Shown: one piece after another, positions 9,643 to 18,859 of the stretch
Layout of the letters: every line of letters starts with the position of its first letter
How positions within the stretch are numbered: the first letter of the stretch is position 1
Origin: Proteobacteria bacterium UBA6156
Lineage (GTDB): Bacteria; Pseudomonadota; Alphaproteobacteria; UBA2136; UBA6156
NCBI GenBank assembly: GCA_002422365.1
Contig: DIUO01000036.1
Coordinates: forward strand, 38,759-102,758
DNA: 64,000 bases
Direction of reading: 5' to 3'
Notes under the pieces: model-generated
Databases searched by the model: none
The model's input: only the letters and a program-made list of their open reading frames with translations
What the model was told of the DNA's origin: nothing
Translations under genes and position numbers: made by a program

Positions 9643-10287
9643 ATGTCCGATACCCCCACGTCCATGACCACATCATCCACCGGCCATGCCGAAACCGGCG
9701 GCCTCGAAACCGCTCTCGGCGCCGTTCTTAACAAGCATCTTTCCAAAGGTAACGCACAGTTCCGTGCCCGCCTGCTTAACCAAATGGTGCAGCTGGCCCG
9801 CCACGGCAACTTTGCCGAAACCTTCATCCGCACCACGCCCGAAGGCACCGATATGGTGAACTTCGCCCGCATGTGGGAGTACGTTCTGGTGCAGGCCGAC
9901 CGCCAAACGCGCGGCTATGTGGCCAAAACCAGCCGTAACGAGTTCGAGCAAACCCGTAAGGACTTTGAAGACTGTATCGACTTCATGGTCAGCAAACTGC
10001 GCAGCGCCGGCCAGCGCCACAAGCTCGATCTCTCCGGCACCAACTTCATCTCGCGCGTCGCCCAGCGTTATGGCGTCGCCGACAAAGTCCGTAAGGGCCC
10101 TGCCCAAATCCAAGCTCAGCCGCAAGCCCAACCGCAAGCGCAAGCTAAGCCTCCGGTAGCAGCCGAGCAAACGGCCCCCATCGCACCGGAAGACATCACG
10201 GCAGTCCCCCAAGAAACGCCGCGCCCGGCCCGGACATCCAAGGCCAAGGCGGCAGCTGCAGCCATGCCGGATGTCGACGATATCTAG
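9643..10287 (+). CDS. hypothetical protein (acidic N-terminal domain, QAQP repeat linker, K/A-rich tail)
   Basis: ORF 9637..10287. The ATG at 9643 is preceded by the RBS aaagga. No recognisable motifs. Confidence 0.5.
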   Translation: MSDTPTSMTTSSTGHAETGGLETALGAVLNKHLSKGNAQFRARLLNQMVQLARHGNFAETFIRTTPEGTDMVNFARMWEYVLVQADRQTRGYVAKTSRNEFEQTRKDFEDCIDFMVSKLRSAGQRHKLDLSGTNFISRVAQRYGVADKVRKGPAQIQAQPQAQPQAQAKPPVAAEQTAPIAPEDITAVPQETPRPARTSKAKAAAAAMPDVDDI

Positions 10288-10310
10288 CGGCGAGCTGATT
10301 TCTCCCCACC

Positions 10311-10336
10311 CCACAACCCGCCTCGGCGGGTTGTGG
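10311..10336 (+). terminator. perfect 11-bp-stem hairpin (ccacaacccgcc tcg gcgggttgtgg) without a clear U-tract; terminator or regulatory stem
   Basis: Inverted repeat 24 nt downstream of the 9643..10287 stop. Confidence 0.35.
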
Positions 10337-10472
10337 CGTATCCTATCCCAACAGGAGAGGGTGCCCCCGCGTGCGTGTCACATGAAACACCGAAGGGGCT
10401 GGTCAGCCGCGTTCAGGTGCCGTATGGTCACCCCATAACAGCACACTCTCAACGCGATAAAGGAAAACCGAC

Positions 10473-10814
10473 GTGGCCGAAAAAAGCAAAGGAATGTCCA
10501 CCTTCAGTACAATCCTCGTCTTCGGGGTGCTGATCGGTGTCTGTATCTGGCTGGTGTTGGTGCTCTCCACCCAGGGCGAGCGGCGGCTGGAACAAGCCTG
10601 CAAACCGCTCGAATACACCACCCAGTTCGTGCACGAGGTTGCCACCACCATAACCGGCCGCCAGCCCACCTGGAGTCTCTATGTCCAGCGTTACCTCATG
10701 TCAGGTTGCTACTATGGCTTCAGCATAATCTTCACCGAAACGCTCGAGCAAAATCCCCTCAGCGGCGTGCCCACCACCCTCGACAGCGACGACGACATCG
10801 GCGGCATTCGCTAA
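10473..10814 (+). CDS. small membrane protein
   Basis: 113 aa with one long hydrophobic segment (FSTILVFGVLIGVCIWLVLVL). GTG start with the RBS aaagga 8 nt upstream. Confidence 0.4.
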   Translation: MAEKSKGMSTFSTILVFGVLIGVCIWLVLVLSTQGERRLEQACKPLEYTTQFVHEVATTITGRQPTWSLYVQRYLMSGCYYGFSIIFTETLEQNPLSGVPTTLDSDDDIGGIR

Positions 10815-10825
10815 GCCGCTCTTCG

Positions 10826-12235
10826 TTAGAATAACTCCGCAAGCCGGGCATCAATCTGCCCGGCTTGCACATGGCTGTGGGCCGCCTGCTGGCGGGGGTC
10901 CATCACCACTTCGGGGGCATCGGCCAGGCTCGGCAGCGCTTGCCAGCGGCGCAGGGTTTCGGCATGGCGCGCGGGGTCGGGGTTCATTTTCAGCGTGGGG
11001 CCCCAGGCCTGCCCTTCCACCAGCAGCGTAAAACAGGCATTGCTGGCGTTTTGTCCATCGTGCTCGCGCGCCACCAATCCGGCTTCTTGCAACTGGTGGG
11101 CCAGGTGTGGCCAGGCCGGGTGGTGCAGGCCACCGTCGCTTTCCCACAGGTTCAGGGCCTGGCGCAGGGTGGGCTTCAGCCGCAGTGCCACCTGGCGCAT
11201 CAGTTCCTCTTGGCGCAGCCACACGCTGCCGTCGGCCATTTTCAGGCAGGTGGTTTCGGGGGTCAGGCTCGGCTGGGGTTCAAGCTCGGCCAGCAGGCTG
11301 GTCCAGTGCTCGGTTAGGTTATGGCGCAGGTCGTCCAGCTGTTCGGGGGTTATCTGGTCCACTTCCTGAACATTCAGCTGTTGCAGCTGGGCGTCGGTGC
11401 GCCACAGGTAATCCACAATCTCGCGGGCCAGTGGGCTGCTGCTCAGCGGCAATTGGTGGGGGGTGGCGTGGTAACGCAGCGCCACCAGCAGCGTGCGCTG
11501 CATGTCGCGGCCTTCAGGGGTTGTCTTCAGGTGCCGAAACGCCGGAAACGTCGAAAGCACAAAAGCGCTCATCCCCCCATGGGCCTGGCACCGCCGCCGG
11601 AAGGTCACCGTATCCCGCTGCCAGAACGACCAGAACGGCCGCGTAACCCGCTTTTCCTCATAGGCGTGCACCAGCGCCAGGTCTTTAGCCAGGGCGGCAA
11701 TGCGGTGCCAGGGGGTGGCGGCTGGCAGCTGGCGCATCATTTGCCAACGGGCTACGGCACGTTCATACAGGCTGGCAAACTCGCATCCCGGGCTTGCATG
11801 GTTGTGCTTGTTCTGCAGCGCAAGGTCTACCGGCCAGTGGCGGTAGCCTTGCAAAAAACCAATCAACTCCGCTTCCAGCGGGTGCAGGCCGGGCCAGTCC
11901 GGCGGGGCCACCATCTGGGGTAAAAATTTCGAAAGCGACAGCGGCAAAGGCACTTCCTGCCCCTTGGCATCAAAGGTCACAAACGCGGTACCATATTCAT
12001 CGGTCACTCCCGCTTCAAAGCCGGTGGCCAGGTTGCGGCGCAAGTTGCCCAGCAGGGCGGCGGCCCACACCATGCCAAAGCCTACCAAGGCACCACCACC
12101 CACCACCAGCAGGCCGCGCATATATTGGGGCGTATCAAACGCGTCGCTGGTTAAAACCGACCACACAACATGCAGTGCCCATAAAAACATCACTAAAAGA
12201 CTTAAAACCAGAACGGCGCGACCTTGGGGTGTCAT
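10826..12235 (-). CDS. hypothetical membrane protein (two N-terminal TM helices plus a large soluble domain); only sizeable minus-strand gene inside the locus
   Basis: ORF 10826..12310 (494 aa). Start proposed at MTPQGRAVLVL (12235). No HxH or Walker motifs seen. Confidence 0.5.
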   Translation of the reverse strand: MTPQGRAVLVLSLLVMFLWALHVVWSVLTSDAFDTPQYMRGLLVVGGGALVGFGMVWAAALLGNLRRNLATGFEAGVTDEYGTAFVTFDAKGQEVPLPLSLSKFLPQMVAPPDWPGLHPLEAELIGFLQGYRHWPVDLALQNKHNHASPGCEFASLYERAVARWQMMRQLPAATPWHRIAALAKDLALVHAYEEKRVTRPFWSFWQRDTVTFRRRCQAHGGMSAFVLSTFPAFRHLKTTPEGRDMQRTLLVALRYHATPHQLPLSSSPLAREIVDYLWRTDAQLQQLNVQEVDQITPEQLDDLRHNLTEHWTSLLAELEPQPSLTPETTCLKMADGSVWLRQEELMRQVALRLKPTLRQALNLWESDGGLHHPAWPHLAHQLQEAGLVAREHDGQNASNACFTLLVEGQAWGPTLKMNPDPARHAETLRRWQALPSLADAPEVVMDPRQQAAHSHVQAGQIDARLAELF

Positions 12236-12399
12236 AGCAGACTTTCCTTTGTAGGGGCGGGCCTTTCCACACATCTGCTGTCGCAGCGTGATGGTGTTTT
12301 GGTCACACACCAGTCATGAGATGCGGCAGGGCCTCTCCCTGACCGCCGTACAACTATGATAGCGTCACATCCAACAATCAACAGTCAAGCACGTCGGCC

Positions 12400-13746
12400 A
12401 TGCCCATGAAACGATTTTACAACCTACCGCAGCAAACCCGCACCAGCCCGCGTCGTCTTTCACGCGCCCTTTTGGCTGTGGCAATGGCAACTACGGTGCT
12501 TTCCACTCCCATGGCGGCGCCGCCTGCCTCTGTGCCGGCCCCCGTACCAGGTTACGTAGCGCCGGTCACCGGCGCCCCGGTCGCCCCTTATGTCGACGAC
12601 ACGCGCGGCGTCTACGTCCCCCCCCATCAGCAGTTGCGCCATAAAACCGAGTCCGAGCTTGCGGGCTGGGATACCGTCGTCGAAACCAACCGCCCCCTCT
12701 ATGCCCAAAACAACCCGGCAGGCGCGCCCTACCAAATGGCCCTGAACACCGTGGCTAACGGCGTGGCCGACACGGGCCGCGAACTCGACCGCATTGCCGC
12801 CGACCCCGGCCTGCTGCAAGGCGGCGCCGCCCGGCCGGATGCCGCCCTGTATGCCCAAGACGCCTACGCCGACACCACCGAAACCCAGCCCATGCATGGC
12901 CGCCAAATGGCCCAGGCTGCCCCGGCACGCTCGCTCGATGATTACCCCTCCCTGGCCACAGGCGGCCAGCCGCGCATGGCCCAGGCCCCGGCACCGATAA
13001 CCGACCTCGGTGCTGCCCGCATCGCTCCGCCATCTCCTCCCTTGGCGGCGCCCGTACCGCTGAGCGACGGCGGCATCGAATTGGCCATCGGCGGCACGAC
13101 CGCTCGTGGCGAGCTCGACCTCCAGAACGGCATCGTCCGCCTGAAGGAAGAACGCATTTCGGTGCGGCGTGCCATGCAGCGCATGCTCGACCAAGTGGGC
13201 GGCGCAGGCTGGACCGTGGTGTGGGACCTCGACGAGGTCAACGCCGGTCTGCCGGATATGGAAATCAGCATTTATGCCGAAGAGCCGTTTATTAAGGTCA
13301 TGAACGCGCTGCTCGCCCGGCTGCAAACCCGCAGCGGCCAGCCCATCCGCGTCATCAAATACGACAAAACGCAACGCCTGGTGGTCACCGACCGCACAGG
13401 CGGCGACGCCCGCAGCGCCAGCATTGGCGTCGGCGGGGCCACGGCAGGCCATGTTGCCATCACCGAAACCGTGCTGAAAGAAAGCACCGTCAGCATCCAT
13501 TTCGACGAAATTCCGCTGGTCGACGCCCTCGAGAACATCGTCAACCAGGCCGGTAAGGGCCAGTGGCGGCTGCGCATGTATGCCGGCACCGACCAAGTGC
13601 TCAAGCCCGCCCACGTCGAAGAACCGTTCGGGGTTGCGCTGGAGCGCATCCTGAAGGTCTTCAACCTGCGCTACGAAATTTTCCCCGGCGGCAAGCTGAT
13701 CGTCGTCACCAGTGGAAGCAGCTTTGGATTTAGAGGAGTAGAATAA
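12400..13746 (+). CDS. secreted protein with two STN/TcpQ-like beta-alpha domains (PilL/TcpQ-like secretin-associated candidate)
   Basis: 448 aa. N-terminal signal sequence (LLAVAMATTVLSTPMAAPPA), an Ala/Pro-rich linker, then two copies of the pattern W.V.W...EEPF..VM.ALL.....IRV........LVVTD. The pattern is shared with ORFs 24071..25720 and 25720..27255. Confidence 0.55.
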   Translation: MPMKRFYNLPQQTRTSPRRLSRALLAVAMATTVLSTPMAAPPASVPAPVPGYVAPVTGAPVAPYVDDTRGVYVPPHQQLRHKTESELAGWDTVVETNRPLYAQNNPAGAPYQMALNTVANGVADTGRELDRIAADPGLLQGGAARPDAALYAQDAYADTTETQPMHGRQMAQAAPARSLDDYPSLATGGQPRMAQAPAPITDLGAARIAPPSPPLAAPVPLSDGGIELAIGGTTARGELDLQNGIVRLKEERISVRRAMQRMLDQVGGAGWTVVWDLDEVNAGLPDMEISIYAEEPFIKVMNALLARLQTRSGQPIRVIKYDKTQRLVVTDRTGGDARSASIGVGGATAGHVAITETVLKESTVSIHFDEIPLVDALENIVNQAGKGQWRLRMYAGTDQVLKPAHVEEPFGVALERILKVFNLRYEIFPGGKLIVVTSGSSFGFRGVE

Positions 13747-13749
13747 ACG

Positions 13750-15690
13750 ATGAACAGCCGCACACCGCCCGCAAAGCATCTCTTGGCACGCACCTCGGCG
13801 TTGGTGGTGCTGGCCGCCACGCTGGCATCGTGCAATGGCGTGTCCTACACCCAGCGGCAGTCGCCCGCCAATCCGTATAAAGACTTCCGCGAAGAAAACC
13901 GCGCCAACGCCTCCGTCCTCGGCATGGGCGAACCCATCTCGTCCCGCCAGATGGCCGCCAACGCCACCATCACCTTAAGCGGCAACATGACGCTCTCCGA
14001 AGTCCTGCAACGCATGGCAGGCACTTATAATACCGCCATCCGCTGGGGCAACGGCGTGCGCCAAGACAAACGCAAGCAAATCATGCTCAACAAGCTGACC
14101 TTCGACGAAGCCCGCAACTATGTCGAAGATGTCTACGACATCCAGATTATTAAGGAAGGCGAACGCCGTCTGCTCATCCTGCCGTCCGCGTCCGAACCCC
14201 GCCTGGCGGCCTTCAGCCCCGGCAACAACGTCACGCTCTCCCAGGCGCTGCGTGGCCTGGCCGAACAATGCAATTACAACCTGGTGATCAACGAAAACCG
14301 CGAAAAACTGAACCAGATCCGCGTCACTGCCAACCTGCGCAACGTCACCTGCTTCGATGCCTTCGAGGCCATGCTCAACCCCCACGGCCTCAGCCTCGTG
14401 AACGCAGGCGACTACATGACCGTCGGCGGCCTGCCCCAACGCCAGTGGACGCTCAACCTCTACGAACCCAAACGCAGCGAAACGGTCGAAGTGAACTACT
14501 CCTCCGACTTCTCCCCCGCCACCGGAGACGACGAATCCAGCGCCAGCGGCGCCCAAACTGCCGGTGGCAGCACCAAGGTCAGCATCAGTTACGAGCGCGA
14601 CCTCTGGAAAGACCTCGAAGACGACCTGAAAGAACTGGTTTCCAACAATTGCATCGGCGCCCTGGATAGCGGCATGGCCGCCAGCGCAAGCTCGGCCAGC
14701 CTGCTTATGCCGCCCGAAGGCGGAACGGCACCCGCCGACCCCACTCTCATGCAGCCCACCGACAGCCAGCCCGTGGCCACCGACAGCGCTGCCACCAGCA
14801 CCCAATGCGGTTACGTGCGCATCAACAGCACCGTCGGCATGGTGCAAATGCGTGCCCCGCGTGCGGTGCTCGATGAAGCCGACGAAATCATCCAGCGCGT
14901 CCAAGACATCGCCAGCCGCCGCCTGCTGCTGGAAGCCCGCGTGCTGGCCGTCAGCCGCTCGCGCGACTTCGACCAGCAGGCCAACCTGCGCGTCGGCCGC
15001 ACCGGCAATGGCGCCACCACCTCCGCCAGCTTTAACGGCAGCGTAACGGCAGCCATCAGCAACGCTTTGGCCACCTTCAGCGGCGCCAACCTCAGCACTG
15101 TCGGCGGTGCCACCGTGCGTGCCGGCAATCTCGATGCCGTCATCGCCCTGCTGGAAAGCTACGGCACCACCTACGAGCTCATGCACCCGATGATGGAGCT
15201 GATGGACCGCCAACGCGCCACCCTGATCGATGGCCGTAACGAGAAATACTTCGTGGTCAACAACGACACCACCACCGACTCCGGCACCACCACCACCACC
15301 AGCGAGGTCACCGAGCGCAACCAGTTCCTGGGCCTGCAATTCTCGGCCACCGCGCAAGTGAGCGACAACCCCGACGAACCCCACACCGTCAGCCTGCAAA
15401 TCCCTATCACCTCGCTTGCCAAAACCATTAACATTCCCACCGGCATCAGCGGCACCATTGCCGGGGTGGCGCCTATCGCCAACACCCGCCTTATCGACCA
15501 AAAAGTGCGCATCCGCGATGGCGAAATCAAGGTCATCGGCGGCCTCACCAAAACCATCGCTATCGATACCGAATCCGGCGTGCCGCTCATCCGCGACATC
15601 CCCGCGCTGGGCAAGCTCGCCAATGAAGAGGCCATCCAGTACGAAAATGTCGAGTTTGTAATTTTGCTACAGGTGCGCCGCCTGTATTAG
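13750..15690 (+). CDS. secretin (GspD/PilQ/PilN family), lipoprotein form
   Basis: 646 aa. Lipobox LASC after the signal sequence. The C-terminal secretin domain carries the hallmark VPLIRDIPALGKL...ENVEFVILLQVRRLY. N-terminal N0/N1-like regions are present. Confidence 0.8.
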   Translation: MNSRTPPAKHLLARTSALVVLAATLASCNGVSYTQRQSPANPYKDFREENRANASVLGMGEPISSRQMAANATITLSGNMTLSEVLQRMAGTYNTAIRWGNGVRQDKRKQIMLNKLTFDEARNYVEDVYDIQIIKEGERRLLILPSASEPRLAAFSPGNNVTLSQALRGLAEQCNYNLVINENREKLNQIRVTANLRNVTCFDAFEAMLNPHGLSLVNAGDYMTVGGLPQRQWTLNLYEPKRSETVEVNYSSDFSPATGDDESSASGAQTAGGSTKVSISYERDLWKDLEDDLKELVSNNCIGALDSGMAASASSASLLMPPEGGTAPADPTLMQPTDSQPVATDSAATSTQCGYVRINSTVGMVQMRAPRAVLDEADEIIQRVQDIASRRLLLEARVLAVSRSRDFDQQANLRVGRTGNGATTSASFNGSVTAAISNALATFSGANLSTVGGATVRAGNLDAVIALLESYGTTYELMHPMMELMDRQRATLIDGRNEKYFVVNNDTTTDSGTTTTTSEVTERNQFLGLQFSATAQVSDNPDEPHTVSLQIPITSLAKTINIPTGISGTIAGVAPIANTRLIDQKVRIRDGEIKVIGGLTKTIAIDTESGVPLIRDIPALGKLANEEAIQYENVEFVILLQVRRLY

Positions 15691-15780
15691 GGCATCATGC
15701 CAGCTTCCCCTAGGCGAAGGGGGGGCGATTGAGGCAACATGCAGTCAGCGTCTGTGGTGTGCAGCAGGGGTCGGTAGGGC

Positions 15781-17724
15781 TTGGCCTGGCCGAGCCCCCG
15801 TGCACCGCAACCGCCGCCAACAGGAGGAACAACCATAACAACGCCTCTGCCCGGGCAAGTGCCCTTTTCGCCCTACGGCCCCGCGCCGCAGGACGAAGCA
15901 GCCTCGCCGTCATCGCCACCCCCGGCCATGGGGGCGCAAGGCATGGCAACACCTCCGGCGGCAGGGGTGCCTTTGCAGTTTGCCCCCACCGCACCTGTCG
16001 GCACCACCGAAGAACTCACCCCGCGCGAAGAGATGTACCAGGACATCCTGAAAATCCTGCACAATTCCACCGACCTCGGCATCGACCGTGTGGCCCACGG
16101 CCACCTGGAAAAAGCCATCGCCACCCCCGGCAGCAAGCAGCTGCTGGTGCGCGACCTCATCAACCAGAAAATCATCAACCGCGTGCAACTGGCGCGTGCC
16201 TTTGCCCGCCATAACCGCGCCCGCGAACTCCTCTCCATTCTCGACATCCCGCCCGAAGCCCAAGTGCTGCGGCTCGACCTCCAGCCCCGCCTGCGCAGCA
16301 TCCTGCGCAGCGAGCGCATTATTCCCATGTCCATCCGCAAGGAGGAAAACGGCACCGTCACCGACGTCCACCTCGCCCACGACAGCCCCCTGCGCGATCT
16401 CGTGCTCGAGGCCAACGTCCGCGAATTCTTCCCCCCCACCGCCAAGCTGCAATGGCACTTCTGCCTGCGCGAGGTTGCTGGTGCGTTCTGGATGGCCGGC
16501 GAGTCCGAGAGCATCGACAGCGACATGGAGGCCGAAGCCCTCCTCGACCGCATCATCACCAATGCCATCGACGCCCGCTCGTCGGATATTCACATCGACC
16601 CTTCCATCAAGGGCGAACCCCGCGCCATCATCAAATACCGCATCGATGGTTTCGTGCACCCGAAGGAGGTCATCACCACCGAGCAGCTGGAACGCCTGCG
16701 CGTGCGTATCGAAAACTTGGCCCGTATGCCCAAAGTCAACCTCAACTACGCCAACAAGGGTGCCTTCACCCGCTCGGGGTACGACTGGCGCGTGCAAATC
16801 CAGCCCCACGCCGGGCGCCTGGGCCCAGTGCCGCGCATCGTGCTGCGGCGCTTGCAGCCGGATGTCATGCCCCTCGAAGTGCTGGGCTACCCTGCCGACT
16901 TCATCGAAAAAATAAAAAGCGCCGCCAGCGCCCCCAACGGCGTCATTTTCTGGACCGGCCCCACCGGTTCCGGCAAAACCGAGGCGATTCACGCCGCTGT
17001 GGTCAGCGCCAACCCCATGGCCAAGGGCCTCAGTGTCCATACCATTGAAGACCCACCGGAAAAGCGCGTGCCCGGCTACGCCGTGCAAATGGAAATTGCC
17101 AGCGAGGACGAAAACCGCACCGGCCTGCAACTGCTCAAGTCGTCACTGCGTGCCGACCCCGACGTCGTCATCTTCGGCGAGGTCCGCGACAGCGAAATGG
17201 CCAAACTGGTGTTCGAAGCCGCCAACACCGGCCACTTGGTGTTCACCACCCTGCACACCAACACCGCGCTGGATGCCATCGCGCGCCTCGACGAAATGGG
17301 CGTCAGCGGCTTCCTGCTGTCCTACATACGCGGCATTGCCGCTCAGCGGCTGGTGCGCCGCCTCTGCGGCCATTGCAAAGTCACCATGGCCGAACCCGAC
17401 GAATACACCCGCTATGTCTTCGACCGCTACGGCGTGCCGCTCACCGGCGCCAACCTATTTGCCGCCAACCACGAGGGCTGCGCCAACTGCAACTACACCG
17501 GCTACTACGGGCGTATCGCCACCGCCGAGTGGCTCAAGCCCACCAAAGAAATTGTCGAGGCCAGCGCCGAGAAAAACTACGCTGACCTCGAAGACATGGC
17601 CAAGCGCGCGGGCTGGCAGCCCATGGGCCGCATGGGGGTGCTGCACGTCAAAAACGGCATCACTGACGCCGCCGAATTGTCCACCAAGATTCTCGAGCTC
17701 GCCGCCGAGACACTGACAGGATAA
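15781..17724 (+). CDS. type IV pilus/T2SS assembly ATPase (GspE/PilB/TcpT/PilQ(R64) family)
   Basis: 647 aa. Walker A GPTGSGKT, Asp box, His box, and a tetracysteine zinc motif (CGHCK...CANC). The Pro-rich N-terminal ~50 aa come from a TTG ORF start; the first ATG is at 15928, so the true start is uncertain. Confidence 0.9.
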   Translation: MAWPSPRAPQPPPTGGTTITTPLPGQVPFSPYGPAPQDEAASPSSPPPAMGAQGMATPPAAGVPLQFAPTAPVGTTEELTPREEMYQDILKILHNSTDLGIDRVAHGHLEKAIATPGSKQLLVRDLINQKIINRVQLARAFARHNRARELLSILDIPPEAQVLRLDLQPRLRSILRSERIIPMSIRKEENGTVTDVHLAHDSPLRDLVLEANVREFFPPTAKLQWHFCLREVAGAFWMAGESESIDSDMEAEALLDRIITNAIDARSSDIHIDPSIKGEPRAIIKYRIDGFVHPKEVITTEQLERLRVRIENLARMPKVNLNYANKGAFTRSGYDWRVQIQPHAGRLGPVPRIVLRRLQPDVMPLEVLGYPADFIEKIKSAASAPNGVIFWTGPTGSGKTEAIHAAVVSANPMAKGLSVHTIEDPPEKRVPGYAVQMEIASEDENRTGLQLLKSSLRADPDVVIFGEVRDSEMAKLVFEAANTGHLVFTTLHTNTALDAIARLDEMGVSGFLLSYIRGIAAQRLVRRLCGHCKVTMAEPDEYTRYVFDRYGVPLTGANLFAANHEGCANCNYTGYYGRIATAEWLKPTKEIVEASAEKNYADLEDMAKRAGWQPMGRMGVLHVKNGITDAAELSTKILELAAETLTG

Positions 17725-17728
17725 CGCC

Positions 17729-18817
17729 ATGGGTATCGAATTCGGCAAAGCCTCCCTCAACACAGCCGACAGGGTCGACTTCTTCAAAACCCTGTCCGGC
17801 TGGCTGAATGCCGGCGGCGGGCGCATGTCGGTGGCCGAGGCCGTGGCCAACACCACCAACGGCTTTAGCCAAGAGGAATACGCCACCCTCGCTCCGCAAA
17901 TGAACATGATCGAGCGTGAGGTCGCCGCAGGCCAAACCACGCTCTACCAAGCACTGGCCATGGCCAACATCGGCTTCAAACCGCAAGAGCTCGCCATTGT
18001 CGAAGCCGCCGAAAAAGGCAACCAGCTCCGCCAGGCCCTGCCGGCGCTGGTGGCGGCGCTGGAGGTTGAAAATGCCGGCCGCCGCGACCTCATGATGAAA
18101 ATGGCCGGGCCTCTGGTCATCGGCGTCATGCTCATTTTGCTCTCCATCGGCGTGCTGGTCATTATGCTGCCCATGGTTATCCAGCCGGTGCTCGACCGTA
18201 ACGCCGCCGCCCTCTACAAATTCCCCTTCATCCTCCGCTGGCTCTGGTATGCCTCGGTGTGGCTGCGGGCCAACCCGATGATCCCCACCGTGCTGGTCGG
18301 CGGCCTTATCACGTTGTTCATTTTGCGCAACACGCCGGTGTTGCAGCCCTATTGGCTGCGCTTCAGCATGTGGTGGGGGGTTACCCGCAAGCTCATCTTG
18401 GGGTTCAATTCCATGCTCACGGTGTTCTTCTTACCGGCGCTGGTGCGTTCCGGCATGCCCACCTATCAGGCGCTGGAGCAAATGGCTTACTGCGTCACCA
18501 ACCCGCTGCTGCGCAGCATGTTCCTTACCGCCGCCGAAGACCACCGCAACGGCCTGCGCATGAGCCAGGCGGTCGAAGGCATGCCCTTCAAAGCCTCGTT
18601 TTTCAACGCCATCACGGCCGGAGAATCCACCGGTGCCATTGCCGAGCGCATCGAAGACCTCCAACCGGCCTATAAACTGGAGCTCGAACGCTACATCCGC
18701 CAGGTTTCCGGCACGCTCAAGTTCATGGTCATGGCGGTGCTGCTCCCCATGTTCATTGTCAGCACCTACACCTCGCTGGTGGGGCCCATCTTCGCCCTCA
18801 TGGAGTATGGCCGTTAA
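17729..18817 (+). CDS. GspF/PilC/TcpE-family inner-membrane platform protein
   Basis: 362 aa. The GspF-family pattern shows two cytoplasmic helical domains and three TM segments. Confidence 0.85.
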   Translation: MGIEFGKASLNTADRVDFFKTLSGWLNAGGGRMSVAEAVANTTNGFSQEEYATLAPQMNMIEREVAAGQTTLYQALAMANIGFKPQELAIVEAAEKGNQLRQALPALVAALEVENAGRRDLMMKMAGPLVIGVMLILLSIGVLVIMLPMVIQPVLDRNAAALYKFPFILRWLWYASVWLRANPMIPTVLVGGLITLFILRNTPVLQPYWLRFSMWWGVTRKLILGFNSMLTVFFLPALVRSGMPTYQALEQMAYCVTNPLLRSMFLTAAEDHRNGLRMSQAVEGMPFKASFFNAITAGESTGAIAERIEDLQPAYKLELERYIRQVSGTLKFMVMAVLLPMFIVSTYTSLVGPIFALMEYGR

Positions 18818-18859
18818 CATGAAACACACGCAACACACGCCGCAATCCAGGGGTTTCCC

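Noticed and set aside
10826-12310. Considered whether the 494-aa minus-strand protein could be the missing relaxase
   Set aside because: No histidine triad (HxH/HxDxxH), no catalytic Tyr-containing N-terminal motif, and no helicase motifs. It is left as a hypothetical membrane protein.
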